A stretch of 39,653 bases of DNA from assembly GCF_006345805.1 (NCBI RefSeq), contig NW_021835509.1, positions 1-39,653 on the forward strand, given 5' to 3'. The notes beneath the pieces were generated by a model that was not told the origin of the DNA, did no database searches, and was given only the letters and a program-made list of their open reading frames with translations. The DNA comes from Octopus sinensis (lineage: Eukaryota). Of the stretch, positions 24,122-36,415 are shown piece after piece. The translations under genes were made by a program, and so were the position numbers. How positions within the stretch are numbered: position 1 is the first letter of the stretch; every line of letters begins with the position of its first letter.

Positions 24122-24589
24122 TTATTTATCATTCTTATACCCATCTTGTGACAAGTTTTTAACAAGGACTGGTTATGTAAAAAAAATCACACAAGCACAC
24201 ACACACACACACACAGCTATGTATACTTCAGCATCTGAATGGGACTGTATATCATACACAGTGTATGTGTGTGTGTGTGTGTGTTTGTTATTTGTTTATT
24301 CTTGATAGTCCTCCCTTTCATTATTGTCTAACAAACTATATTTCTATTGCTGATGTTCTCCATTAATCATGAGGATTAAACATATAGTCTTTTATTTATT
24401 GACTTACTGTATTGTTGCTTTTGTTGTAGTTGGAAATGGTGGTGTTTTATGGACTTTTCTTTGTTTTATTGTATAACTGTAAAAAAATGTATGTTTGTCT
24501 TAATGTGTAGGGTATCTGTATAATGTGTACTTGTGTGTGTGTGTGTGTGTATGTATGCATGTGCGTAAGAATATATACATATATATCAT

Positions 24590-24905
24590 CATCGTCGTCG
24601 TTGTCATCATCATCATCATCATCATCATCATCACTACCATCATTTACCATCCACTTATTCATGCTGTCATGGGTTGGACAATATCGTTTAGCATCTGCTT
24701 TCCATGCTAGTATGGGTTAGATGGTATGACAGAAATTGGTAAGCTGTAGGGCTCCACCAGGTTCCAATCTGATATGGCAATGTTTCTACGGTTTGATGCC
24801 CTTCCTAGTGCCAACCACTCCAAGAATGTAATAGGTGCTTTTTACATGCCACTGGCATTGGCCACAACTATGATTTCACTTGACTTGTCAGGTCTTCTCA
24901 GTATG
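24590..24905 (-). mobile_element. Family B element
   Basis: (CAT)n, tttccatgctagtatgggtt, gatgcccttcctagtgccaacc. Confidence 0.8.
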
Positions 24906-25360
24906 TTAATTATAAAGAATTTCAAAGATGATAAATTGCAAATGGGATCCTTCTGGAATGCTTTTGGTCAGAACAAATAGTGATGAATGCATTTGGCTTC
25001 TCATTTATGGATCTGAGCCAAGGCCCAGCATATGCACTGCCGGAAAAAAACATAACAATCTGGCAGGTAGACGTACTTAGTATGTACTTTGATTAATTTT
25101 AAATCATCAGCTATTTAGTACTTTTTGGGGCCTGCAATCGCCTATATTATTGATTCTGTTATTATCATTTTGAAATTGTTACACAAGATAATAATAGAGT
25201 CAATGATATCTTTGCAAATTATTTTTTTGTGAATTATTTTTGTCGTGAATTATTTGCTCCAAATTGAAATGATATATATATATATATATGATTTAAACTT
25301 AGACTCCAATATCTTTACAGGCTCCAATATCATTCTAAATTTGAATAGATAGACAAACAA

Positions 25361-25410
<50 letters not shown>

Positions 25411-25752
25411 TTGTAAGTATCTATACTCACACACACACACATACACACACACACATATGAGAGCTATTCTAAATGTTTTGAATCCAATATCCTTAAAGAC
25501 ATGACAGTAGGAAGTAAATGCTTCTTTTTCACTTTAAAGAAAGATATGATCATCAAGTGAATAAGTTTCGTAACACACTCTACATATATGTATGCATACA
25601 TATCACATATATATGCATGTATGTATATTTATGTGCATGTACATATGAATATATATACATATAATTATATATCCATGTATATATGTAGATATATATACAT
25701 CTACATGTGTACTGTATATATTGGGATATATATACATGTACATACATGTACG

Positions 25753-25824
<72 letters not shown>

Positions 25825-25831
25825 ATATATA

Positions 25832-26225
25832 TACTTTTTATTTGTTTGTCATTTGACTGCAGCCATGTTGGAGCGCCGCCTTTAGTTGAGCAAATTGACC
25901 CCAGGACTTATTCTTTGTAAGCTTAGTACTTATTCTATTGGCCCCTTTTGCTGAACCACTAAGTGACGGAGATGTAAACACACTAGCATCGGTTGTCAAG
26001 CAATGTTGGGGGGACAAACACAGACACACAAACATACACACACATACATACACACACATATATACGATGGGCTTCCTTCAGTTTCCGTCTACCAAATCCA
26101 CTCACAAGGCTTTGGTCGGCCTGAGGCTATAGTAGAAGACACTTGCCCAAGGTGCCATGCAGTGAGGTTGAACCTAGAACCAAGTGGCTGGTAAGCAAGC
26201 TACTTACCACACAGCCACTCCTGCA
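25832..26225 (-). mobile_element. SINE family A, full length
   Basis: Reverse complement of A, including ccacacagccactcct. Confidence 0.9.
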
Positions 26226-26833
26226 CCTATATATAAAATTTTACAAGGAAAACTTTAACAGTAACTTCAAACTTTCAGTTTGCCCATTGTCATCAGACAG
26301 TCTAATGGTGGTTAACATGCTGTCACTGTCAAGCTATGCCTTGTAGAAATTGTAAAAGCACCTGTAAAAATGTACGTTTCCTACACTGTTATGGCAATTT
26401 TTTTTTTTTTTTTTTGTATTTTTGAAAAGTTATTGGAAACTGACACAAAATAAATAAACAAAAATATTCTACTAGGCATTTCTTCCAGTCTGAAATTAAT
26501 TAATTAAATTTTTTTTTCTTTTCCGAAATCATGTAAACTTATTAGGTCACTATTGTATATCTATGTGTTATCGACTACCATATTAAAACTAACATACACA
26601 AACAAGCACTCATGCATTCCTCAATAATTCCTGAATTCCAAAACAGTGGGAGAGAGCAAGTCAGAGAGAGACAGAGGAAGAAAACTAAGAAAAAGAATAA
26701 AAAGTACAAAACAAAAACCAAATTAAATTATAAAAAAGAAACGCTAATTATAACATAAAACATTTTATGAAAACAATTTCACCAGTCTCTCTCTCTCCAT
26801 CACTTCTATTATTAGAGGAGTCAGAGTGGGTTA

Positions 26834-26903
<70 letters not shown>

Positions 26904-26904
26904 T

Positions 26905-27130
26905 CTTTTTTCTTTATTCTTTTACTTGTTTCAGTCATTTGACTGCAGCCATGCTGGAGCACCGCCTTTAGTTGAGCAAATCAAACTGCAGGACTTATTC
27001 TTTGTAAGTCTAGTACTTATTCTATCGGTCTCTTTTGCCGACTGCTATGTTACGGGAGGTAAATACATCAACCTCAGTTTTCAAACAATGGTGATGGTGG
27101 GGGACAAACACGACACACAAACATATACAC
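26905..27130 (-). mobile_element. SINE family A, 3' half
   Basis: tacttgtttcagtcatttgactgcagccatgctggagc. Confidence 0.85.
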
Positions 27131-27234
27131 ACACATACATATACATATATATATATATATTATATATATATATATATATATAAATATATATATGTATATA
27201 TATATGTGTGTGTATATGTATTATCTATGTATGT

Positions 27235-27547
27235 GTTGGCATTAGGAAGGGCATCCGCTGTAGAAACCATGCCATAAAACCAACAATGATAATTTGAGTC
27301 TGGACAATTTCCGGCTAGCTAGCTCCATGTCAAACTGTTCAACCCATACCAGGATGGAAGGCAGACGTTAAACACTGACAATGATATATATATGCAATGG
27401 GCTTCTTTCAGTTTCCGTTTCCAAATTTGCTCACAAGGCTTTAGGTTAGGGTTAGGCTATAGAAGAAACACTTGTCCTAAGTGTTACACAGTGGACCAAA
27501 CCAAAAATTATGTGGTTGGGAAACAAGCTTCTCATCACACAGCCATG
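27235..27547. mobile_element. Family B (+, 27235-27390) abutting family A 5' half (-, 27393-27547)
   Basis: Family motifs visible in both pieces. Confidence 0.75.
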
Positions 27548-27579
27548 TCTTGTGTGTTAATATATGCATATATATATAT

Positions 27580-27612
<33 letters not shown>

Positions 27613-27884
27613 GTTACATACATATATCTAATTTATCTATAGAAACATATACCTACTCATGCATGTATATGTATTGGTGAAAATTTATGATTGCAAACAC
27701 GCAGTGGGACTGAGCCCGGAACCATGTGGTTGGTAAGCAAGCTACTTACCACACTGCCACTCCTACACCTTGTGTTCTTCAAGAACTCTAAGAAATATTC
27801 TTGAAATTTGAGAAAACTTGTCACCAAACCTCAAGCTAACATCCTTGCTAATTAAATTACCATATGGTAGCTTTTGAATAGTAA

Positions 27885-28122
27885 AAATTGTAATTCTTTG
27901 TAATTTTGGGACAAAGCCAGCACATTTTGAGGAGAGGCAGAAATCAGGTACATCAACTCCAGTATTTGACAAGTACTTATTTTACTGACCCCAGAAAGGA
28001 TAAAAGACAAAGTTGACTCCAGCAAGATTTGAACTCAAAATTCAATGAACTGGAAGAAATGTTGCTCTGCATTTTGTCCAATGCACTTACAATTGTGCTA
28101 TCTCACTGCCATCATCATCATC

Positions 28123-28164
<42 letters not shown>

Positions 28165-28555
28165 TAATAATCCTTTCTCCTGAAGGCACAAGGCCTTGAA
28201 ATTTGGGGGGAGGGGACTTGTCAGTTACATCAACCCCAGTGTTTCACTGGTACTGAATTTATCCACCCCGACAGGATGAAAGGCAAAGTTGACCTCGGTG
28301 GGATTTGAACTTAGAACATAAGACAGATGAAATGTCGCTAAGCATTTTGCCCAGCATGCTAATGATTCTGCCACCTTGCTATCATCATCATTTAACGTCC
28401 ATTTTCCATGTTGGCATGGGTTGAACAGTTTGACAGGAGAGGCGCCTGGGCTCCAATTATCTGAGTAAGTATGGTTCCTACAGTTTAATGCACTTCCTAG
28501 CACCAACCACTTTACAGAGAGCACTAGGTGTTTTTTACAAGGCACCAGCATGGTG
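27885..28555 (-). mobile_element. Two tandem C SINEs separated by (AAT)n, followed by a B element (28380-28555)
   Basis: Two copies of the reverse-complement C core (gaaagg..aaagacaaagttgac), then (CAT)n-tttaacgtcc. Confidence 0.8.
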
Positions 28556-28633
28556 CATGTGTACATAATGCATATAATTCATACACTAATAAAACACACA
28601 AAGACACACACACAACACGTCTGTGTATGTATG

Positions 28634-28692
<59 letters not shown>

Positions 28693-28974
28693 ATATATCT
28701 ATAAATACTTGTACATATACACCATACACATTAAGGGGGTGATTCGAAAGTCCCTAAACAGAGTTCTGAATAAATGTGTATATATAAAGTCAACTTTATA
28801 GACGTGGTATGTGGCAATCATTTATTCTGGAGTAAAGGAAATAACAAACAGACAATACAAACAAAACAAAGTAATATGTCATCCTAAATCTTTCCTTATT
28901 TTTTTAATTTTGTAAAACATTCAGTTAGGTTGGAGTCGGACATCCTAGTTTTTTTCAGCAGGGAACTGAAGGAT

Positions 28975-28980
28975 AGGTAA

Positions 28981-29052
<72 letters not shown>

Positions 29053-29078
29053 AGAGAGAGAGAGAGAGAGAGAGAGTA
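28975..29078. repeat. (GATA)n followed by (GA)n
   Basis: Directly visible; another (GATA)n lies at 25363-25408. Confidence 0.95.
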
Positions 29079-29809
29079 AGACTGTGGGAGTTAGAAAAAG
29101 AGACAGTGGGAGAGATAGAGGGGGAATGGATAAAGAAAAACAAAGCCAACAAAAAGGAAAAAAAAAAGAAAAATGCAATAAAATGAGAGGGAGGAAAGAA
29201 AAAAGAAATTATAATTAGAAAGTTCTACATAAGTTTGTTGACACAACAAAGTTATTCTGAGAATACAAGGGGATAAAAAAATTCGGAGAAAAGAGTGAAA
29301 AACCTTGGAGGGTGAAGCAAAGAAAATTAAAAGATATGGAAATAAGAAACATTATAATCAAAGTTATTCCCCAACTTTTATATTTTTCATTTTTTTGTTT
29401 AATCCAAAATACACCACCAGTCCTGGTCCTCACGGCACCAAACCACCGCAAGAGATACCACAACACTAACCACACACACACATATATACTGACATACACG
29501 TCCTTATTTCATTATTATCATTGCCAGCGTGGTATGGAGCCCTATCGCATAACTGTTACAGCACCATACATGGTAGTAAGTAATTAAAGACAAATAAACC
29601 AATGCTATAAAATGAATTGAAAACAAAAGTCATACATATAAGTGTGTGTGTGTGTGTGTGTGTATCTATATTTAAATATGTATATATGTATGTATATATT
29701 TCTCAAGTTCCTTTGGTACTACTTCATTCAACAGTAATCACTGTGTTATAAGCAGGCATAAACATTATCAAACCTTGGCCTTGATAACTATTTCTGCTAT
29801 TTCTACTAC

Positions 29810-29821
29810 CATCATTTTTAC

Positions 29822-29857
<36 letters not shown>

Positions 29858-30010
29858 CATTATTATTATCATTATCATTATTATTATCATTATTATTATT
29901 ATTATTAATATTATTATTATTATAATTATTACTGTTATTATTATTATTTCGATTATCATCATTATTATTATTATTGTTGTTGTTGTTGTTGTTGTTATTA
30001 TTATCATTAT
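29810..30010. repeat. Compound (ATT)n/(ATC)/(GTT)n array
   Basis: Directly visible; source of the poly-Ile ORFs. Confidence 0.95.
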
Positions 30011-30014
30011 CATC

Positions 30015-31170
30015 TGGCAGAATTATTAGAGCATCAGAAAAAAATAAATGCCTCGTGGCCTTTGTTCCAGATCTGAGTTCAAGTATTGCTGAGGTCGACT
30101 TTGTCTTTCATCATTTCATGGTTGATTAAATAAAGTGACAGTCAAGCACTGGGTTTGATGTAATCAACTAGGCCCTTCCCTCAACATTTCAGGCTTTGTG
30201 CTTATTTTAGAAAGAACTGTTACTATTAAAAAGGTAGTGAATTGGTGGAATCTTTAGTCTGTTGGACAAACTGCTAAGCAGCATTTCTCCTGGCTTTGTA
30301 CATCTTGGGCCTTATGGAGGCAGTGACAGGTGGCCAAGACCTTTGGTGGTACACCGTACTTGTGCAGACCTGTCAAACCAAGTGAGACCGTAGTCATGGC
30401 CGTTGTTGGTATCAGGTCAATGACACCCATGTCGGTGGCATGTAAAAAGCACCCATTACACTCTGGGAATGGTTGGTGTTAGAAAGGGCATCCAGCTGTA
30501 GAAACCTTGCCAAATCAGATCAGAACCTGGTGCAGTTCCTCGGTTTACCAGTTTTTCAGTCAAACCATCCAACCCATGCCAGCATGGAAAATGGACATTA
30601 AATGATGATGATGATGATGATGTTCAAATGTTGCCAAATTCAACTTTGTCTTCAGGGTCAATAGAATAAGTACCAGTTGAGTACTGGGGTCGATTTAATC
30701 AACTCACACACTACCTTGAAATTGCTAGGGAAGTGCTACCTCTTCGTGAATTTGTGAAAGCGAAGACCCATCAAGCCAAGTGAAACCATAATATGGTTGA
30801 AGCTAGTGTGACATAACAGTCACCCATGCCAGTAACACGTAAAAAACATACTTCAAACGTTGGGCCTCACAGAAGTAAGGATAAGTGACTGAGACCTTTG
30901 GCAATATGCTGTGCTTGAGTAAACCAGTCAAGCCGAGTGAAAGCATAGTTGTGGCCGATGCTAGTGTCACATAACTAGCACCTGTGCAAGTAGCATGTAA
31001 AAAAACACCCATTACACTCTTGGAGTGGGTGGCGTTGGGAAAGACATCCAGACATAAAAACCATGCCAAATCAAACTGGAACATGGTACAGCTCTCCAGT
31101 CAAACTGTCTAACCCATGCCAGTATGGAAAGCAGATGTGAAACAATGATGATGATGATGATGATGATGAT
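30015..31170 (+). mobile_element. Cluster of C, C head, B (30325-30621), C core (30625-30730) and long B with internal duplication (30755-31170)
   Basis: Family motifs and (GAT)n tails at 30603-30621 and 31145-31170. Confidence 0.8.
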
Positions 31171-31432
31171 GTGTGACAGTAGTAAAATTGGTTAGAGTGA
31201 ATGGCCCTACCCTTCACATGCAATTGTAGATTGGAGAGCAGGAGAGAGGGCTTGTATTTTTGATGGTCAGGCTAATCCTGGATCTGCGGTGCTCCTTGCC
31301 TGGCCCTAGTATCACATGCATTGTTATACTATATATATATATATATATATATGTAGGGATTTACGTAAATCCTTACACAAATTGTCTGTCTTTGTGATGT
31401 CCCCCTCGTCTTTACCCCTTTGGCATACAGAA

Positions 31433-31634
31433 AAATGGCAGAACTGTTAGAAACCGAGACGAAAAGCTTAGCGGTATTTCATTTATCTCTATGTTCTGAG
31501 TTTAAATTCCACTGAGGTCATATTTGCTTTCTTTCATTACAGGGTTCTGTGAAATAAGTACCAGTGAAACACTGGGGTCAGCATAATCAACTAACCCTGT
31601 CTCACAAAATTTCAGGCCCTATGCCTATAGTAGA

Positions 31635-31680
<46 letters not shown>

Positions 31681-31801
31681 GTTCTGGGTTCAATCCCTCT
31701 GTGTGGCACCTTGGGCAAGTGTCTTCTACTATAGCCTCGGGCTGACCAAAGCCTTGTCAGTGGATTTGATAGACAGAAACTGAAAGAAGCCTGTCCTATA
31801 A

Positions 31802-31846
<45 letters not shown>

Positions 31847-32055
31847 GGTGTGTATGTTTGTGTGTCTGTGTTTGATCCCCCAGTATCGCTTGACAACCGA
31901 TGCTGGTGTGTTTACATCCCCATCACATTGTTCGGCAAGAGACACCGATAGAATCAGTACTAGGCTTACAAAGAATAAGTCCTGGGTTCAATTTGCTCGA
32001 CTAAAGGCGGTGTTCCAGCATGTCCGCAGTCTAATGACTGAAGCCAAATATAAGA
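31433..32055 (+). mobile_element. C SINE with (ATT)n tail directly fused to a 5'-truncated A SINE (31681-32055)
   Basis: The C core is followed by (ATT)n and then gttctgggttcaatccc of A. Confidence 0.85.
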
Positions 32056-32149
32056 ACAGTGTTCTGGTTCTTTACATGCTGAGTTCAAGTCATGCTAGGT
32101 CATCAGTATACCTGTAATTAACTTTACCTGGTCATTTTGCCAAAGGTTA

Positions 32150-32600
32150 TATCAATGTTGGTTTTATTTGTTTGTAATGTTGTTGATGGTTGTATTGTAG
32201 TAGTTGTTTGTGGTCTGGTGATAGTGGTGGTGATGGAAGTGGCGCCGGTGAGGTGGCGTTGGTAGTGGTTGTGGTAGTGATGGTCGTATTGGTTGTCAGC
32301 ATTGTCAGCGTTGGTGGTGGTGAGGGTAGTGATGGAGGTGGTAGTGGTAGTGGGGTGGTGGTGGTAGTGGTAATGGGGTGGTGGTGATGGTGGCAGCGGT
32401 GGTAATGATTAAGGTGGTGGTAGTGGTAGTGGTGCTGGTGATGGTGATGTGGGTAGTAAAGGTGGTGACGGCGGCAGCGGTGGTGGTGTTGATGTGGCGG
32501 TGGCAATGGTGGTGAAAGTGTTGGTGGTGGTGGTGGTGGTGTGGATGGCAGGGGTAGTGGTGGTTGTAGTGATGTAGATGATGTATGCTACAGTGATTGC
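32150..32600. repeat. Cryptic (GGT/GGC/GAT)n low-complexity tract
   Basis: Directly visible; source of the His/Thr/Pro-rich ORFs. Confidence 0.9.
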
Positions 32601-32997
32601 GTTAGCACAGTGGATTTATTAGTATGGGTGATAGCATTAGTGTTACAGATGGTGGTGGTTAGGTGTAAAGACAGTTAGGTCAGGTCACACTCGTTGAGCT
32701 TAAAGATGGATTTAGACATGGAATAACAATGTAAATAATTGGTATCATTCAGGGTTTGACGACCTTCCTTTGAAAATCAATCAATTCAGGCAAAGTACTT
32801 TGATTGTGGTTGATTAACGCCGTAGGGCAAACGCTTCCATCATTGCCAGATTCATGGAGAATGTTTTGGTAGATGGGTGAATAGATTGCAGTGTATTTGT
32901 ATGCTTCTGTGTGTGCGTGTGTGTATGTTTTTGTTTGTGCATATGTGTGTGTGTGTGTGTGTGTGCTTGTGGTTCTGAAAGAAACAGGTGGAAGTTG

Positions 32998-33310
32998 TTG
33001 AGAGAAAGAGGAAGAGGAGAAAAAAGAAGAGGGGGAAGAAGAAGGAGAAGGCAAGGAGGAGGAAGAAGGAGGAAGAAGGAGATGAAGGGGGAGGAGGAGA
33101 AGAAGAAGAGGGAGGATGAGGCAGAGGAGGAGGAGCAAAGAATAAGAAGAAGAAGAAGAGGGAGGATGAGGTGGAGGAGGAGGAGTAAAGAATAAGAAGA
33201 AGACAAAAGGAGGATGAGGAGAAGGAGAAGAAGAAGAAGAAGAAGAAGAAGAAGAAGAAGAAGAAGAAGAAGAAGAAGAAGAAGAGAAGAAGACGGGAAA
33301 GAGGATGAGA
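32998..33310. repeat. About 300-bp polypurine (GAA/GGA)n tract
   Basis: Directly visible. Confidence 0.95.
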
Positions 33311-33914
33311 CTGAGGTGGTGGGACTAGTTGTAGAGGATGAAGTGGAGGCTGAAAGAATGGCAAAGTTAATAAAAAGAATCACAAATGGGAATAAAAAAT
33401 ACTCAAAAGAGTGATTTACTGAAATAGCTAAAGGTTTCCAATCAATTCCAGATAAATAACTCCCCACCAAAATTCTTGTTTGGTCAAGTCTTTAGGGATT
33501 GCTGACTAATGGTCTGCTATAGCATTACGTACAATGGAAATACTGGCTGGACTATGACCTCACAAGGCCAGAAGAGTAGGGTTTCACTTTTACCAGTCTA
33601 AGGAATGGTCTCTGGATCAGCCCTGATGAAACAGACCCAAGGGCCAGCCTGTCTTTTTGAGGAGTACAAGGGAATACATTTTGAAACATGTGTCCTTCCT
33701 TTTCTCTTTAATCCTTTCTTCCCTTGCTCTGCCCTCTGTGAGATCTACACTGTTACTCCCTAAACTACCACCCTTTTACCACTGTTAATTTGTTACCCTC
33801 AATATATTTTATCCTCTAATCCTCTCACCAAAGACATCATCACCCTTTCTTTATTTTCCTTTTGGTTTTGTAAGTACTTTATGCTCTTTGGGTTTTGCAA
33901 AATGTAAGGTCACC

Positions 33915-34240
33915 TCACTAGTGCTGGTGCCATAACAAAAAGCAGCCAATACCCTCCGTAAAGTGGCTGGTGTTAGGAAGGTTATCCAGCTGTAGAAATC
34001 ATACCAAAACAGAGACATTGGAGCATGACATGGTCCTTCACCTCATTGGATCTGCCAAATCCTAAAAGACCAACCATTGATTAAATAGAGATTAACAATG
34101 GAAGGATCACAATTTTAGAAGCAAGCTGAGTTTCTGCCAATCAACCACCTTGAGATTGGAGCTTTATTTTATCAACTCTGAAAGGACAAAATGCAAAGTT
34201 GACCTTAATGGAATTTGAACTCAGAGCAAAGTGAATGTTA
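33915..34240. mobile_element. Degraded B (+, 33915-34050) and C core (-, 34115-34240)
   Basis: ggtgttaggaaggttatccagctgtagaaa; tttattttatcaactctgaaaggacaaaatgcaaagttgacc. Confidence 0.65.
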
Positions 34241-34484
34241 CTTCTGACTGAACACTCTCACTTCTTTATTAACTACTCATATCTCATATCGTAATACAAA
34301 CATGGTAAAAAAAAATGCAATAAAATAAACAATAACAAAAGAAAAACACAGTAAAAGCATAAGATGAAAAAATAAATTATATAAAAAAAGATGCAGATAA
34401 ACAAATATAAACTAAATAGAATCTTCTCATGAGCTAATTAAAGAAAATTTTCTTGAAATTGAATATTTTTTATCTCAGCTTCCT

Positions 34485-34492
34485 TATTATTA

Positions 34493-34538
<46 letters not shown>

Positions 34539-34691
34539 CATTATTAGTAGTATTATTATCATCATCATTCGCTATTATTATTTTGTTTTACTGTATTTAT
34601 TTACTTATTTTTTGGCCTTATTTCATTTCTTCATTCTTCTCCTCTTGTTATATTTCACATCCTTATTTCATTATTTCCTTTTACTTTTCAC

Positions 34692-34734
<43 letters not shown>

Positions 34735-34800
34735 TCTATCATCATCGTCGTCGTCGTCCTCCTCCTCCTCCTCCTCCTCCTCCTCATCATCATCATCATG
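34485..34800. repeat. (ATT)n arrays and an ATC/GTC/CTC compound array
   Basis: Directly visible. Confidence 0.95.
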
Positions 34801-35405
34801 TTGTCTTCTTTCCCACTGTCATCATTATAATTTGTATTTTTATCCCTTTCTGCATATTTTTTAAGCCATTTTTTCTTATTCATCCTTTTTTTTAAATTCT
34901 TTTATTTATGTTGTCATTTATATATTTTATTATTTTATTTATTTTATTTTTTTTTTAAACATTTAAAATTTTTAAATCTTTTTTATTTCTGTATTTTTCA
35001 TCTAAATGCTAAAAGCCTATTATAGACTTGAAAATTTCACCGAAATTCACAAGTAAACTTGGTACTTTGGTGCCAAGTTGAATTAATACATTTTAATTAG
35101 TTAAAGGACAGATGCTTCTAGTCCAGAACAGTGAAAATGCTTTCCTCAAGGCATTCAAATGATAAAGTTTGAAATATTTCAGAATCTGAAGAAATTCAAA
35201 AGGCTGTTTCGTCCATTTATAAGATTTAACACTGCAAATATAATTGCATATATGTTTATATGTATGCATGTGAAAGTGTTTGTGTGTGTATGCATGTATA
35301 ACTATATCTATATCTCTCTCTCTCTCTATATATATATATATACACACATACACACACATATCTATATATATATACATACATATACCTACATAAATACATA
35401 CATCC

Positions 35406-35454
<49 letters not shown>

Positions 35455-35790
35455 TATGTATGTATGTATGCATGTATGTATGTATGTATGTCTATACTGA
35501 CATACTACTAGGAAGTGAAATAGACTCATTAGCCTTGAGTTCAAATCTGCAACATGCACTTAGTTCATTCAATTATGAATCTTTGCAAGGGATTTAATTC
35601 TCTATATTTCCTGTCAAGACTAAGATACCATATTTTTCAGGAATGGTAATCTGCAATAAATTTGTGTCTCTTCCAAAGGGACATGAGTTCTGTTCTCCAA
35701 TTAAAATTACAGCAATCTCCCATTTTTTTGTAATCTGATATATATATATATATATGCGTGTGTGTGTGTGTGTGTATGTGTGTGTATATG

Positions 35791-35839
<49 letters not shown>

Positions 35840-35849
35840 CAAATAAAAC

Positions 35850-36187
35850 TTAGATATGTTTCAACCAAAGATTGGTCTAGGCCATGTCTAACTTAATAGG
35901 ACCACATGATAGGATTATCTAAATCCTTTTTAAGTCAAGTTTTGTGGTACCATGGTCCATTCAAGTAGTGAGTTCTTGTTGAGTGAGTTGTATCCAGATG
36001 TGGGTGGCTTATCTTGTATTCCTTGAAGAAATCTCTCCAGACTCCGTTTGAAGGTGATGGCATCCTTTTCCTCTTTGATCAGTTTTGGGATAATGTTAAA
36101 CAGAGCAGGGCCTGTTGAAGAAAAGAAATTGCGTCGCAATTTCTTTTGTGTGTATCTATATGTTGGGATCCTGAAGTTGGCCTTCAT
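35850..36187 (-). mobile_element. CR1-group LINE, ORF2 C-terminus and 3' end
   Basis: LRRNFFSSTGPALFNIIPKLIKEEKDAITFKRSLERFL fits the R.NFFS....WN.LP.....FK..LD.FL C-terminal pattern of CR1-group ORF2. Confidence 0.75.
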
Positions 36188-36226
36188 ATTTTATATATAT
36201 ATATATATATTATATACACACACACC

Positions 36227-36261
<35 letters not shown>

Positions 36262-36263
<2 letters not shown>

Positions 36264-36415
36264 CATCATCATCATTCAATGTCTGCTGTCCATGCTGGCA
36301 AGCTGGACAGCTGCATCAGACTCCAGTCTGGTTTGATATGGTTACTACAGCTGAATGCCCTTCCTAACACCAACCACTTTACAGAGTGACCAGGTAGTTT
36401 TATGTGGGACCATAC
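36262..36415 (-). mobile_element. Family B element, degraded
   Basis: (CAT)n, ccatgctggcaagctgg, gaatgcccttcctaacaccaacc. Confidence 0.75.

Noticed and set aside
26310-26365. Strong minus acceptor atttttacag| followed by GAFTISTRHSLTVTAC*
   Set aside because: No good donor, and no phase match to neighbouring candidates.
27769-27870. Minus-strand 102-nt exon candidate LPYGNLISKDVSLRFGDKFSQISRIFLRVLEEHK
   Set aside because: The apparent donor GTGTAG is the CpG-decayed 5' end of the adjacent A SINE; the segment is a short spacer between two SINEs.
28730-28752. Mariner-like TIR start aagggggtgattcgaaagt
   Set aside because: No partner TIR was found nearby.
33500-33760. ctgatga...gaaac suggesting a Penelope hammerhead ribozyme, and a WKYWL peptide suggesting a GIY-YIG end
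   Set aside because: Stem II does not close next to GAAA, the peptide match is weak and has stops, and the ctgatga context resembles another degraded repeat.
35629-35734. Exon-like open frames on both strands (ITKKWEIAVILIGEQNSCPF... and MVICNKFVSLPKGHEFCSP...)
   Set aside because: Each has one weak splice site and neither has recognisable homology; this is not distinguishable from chance.
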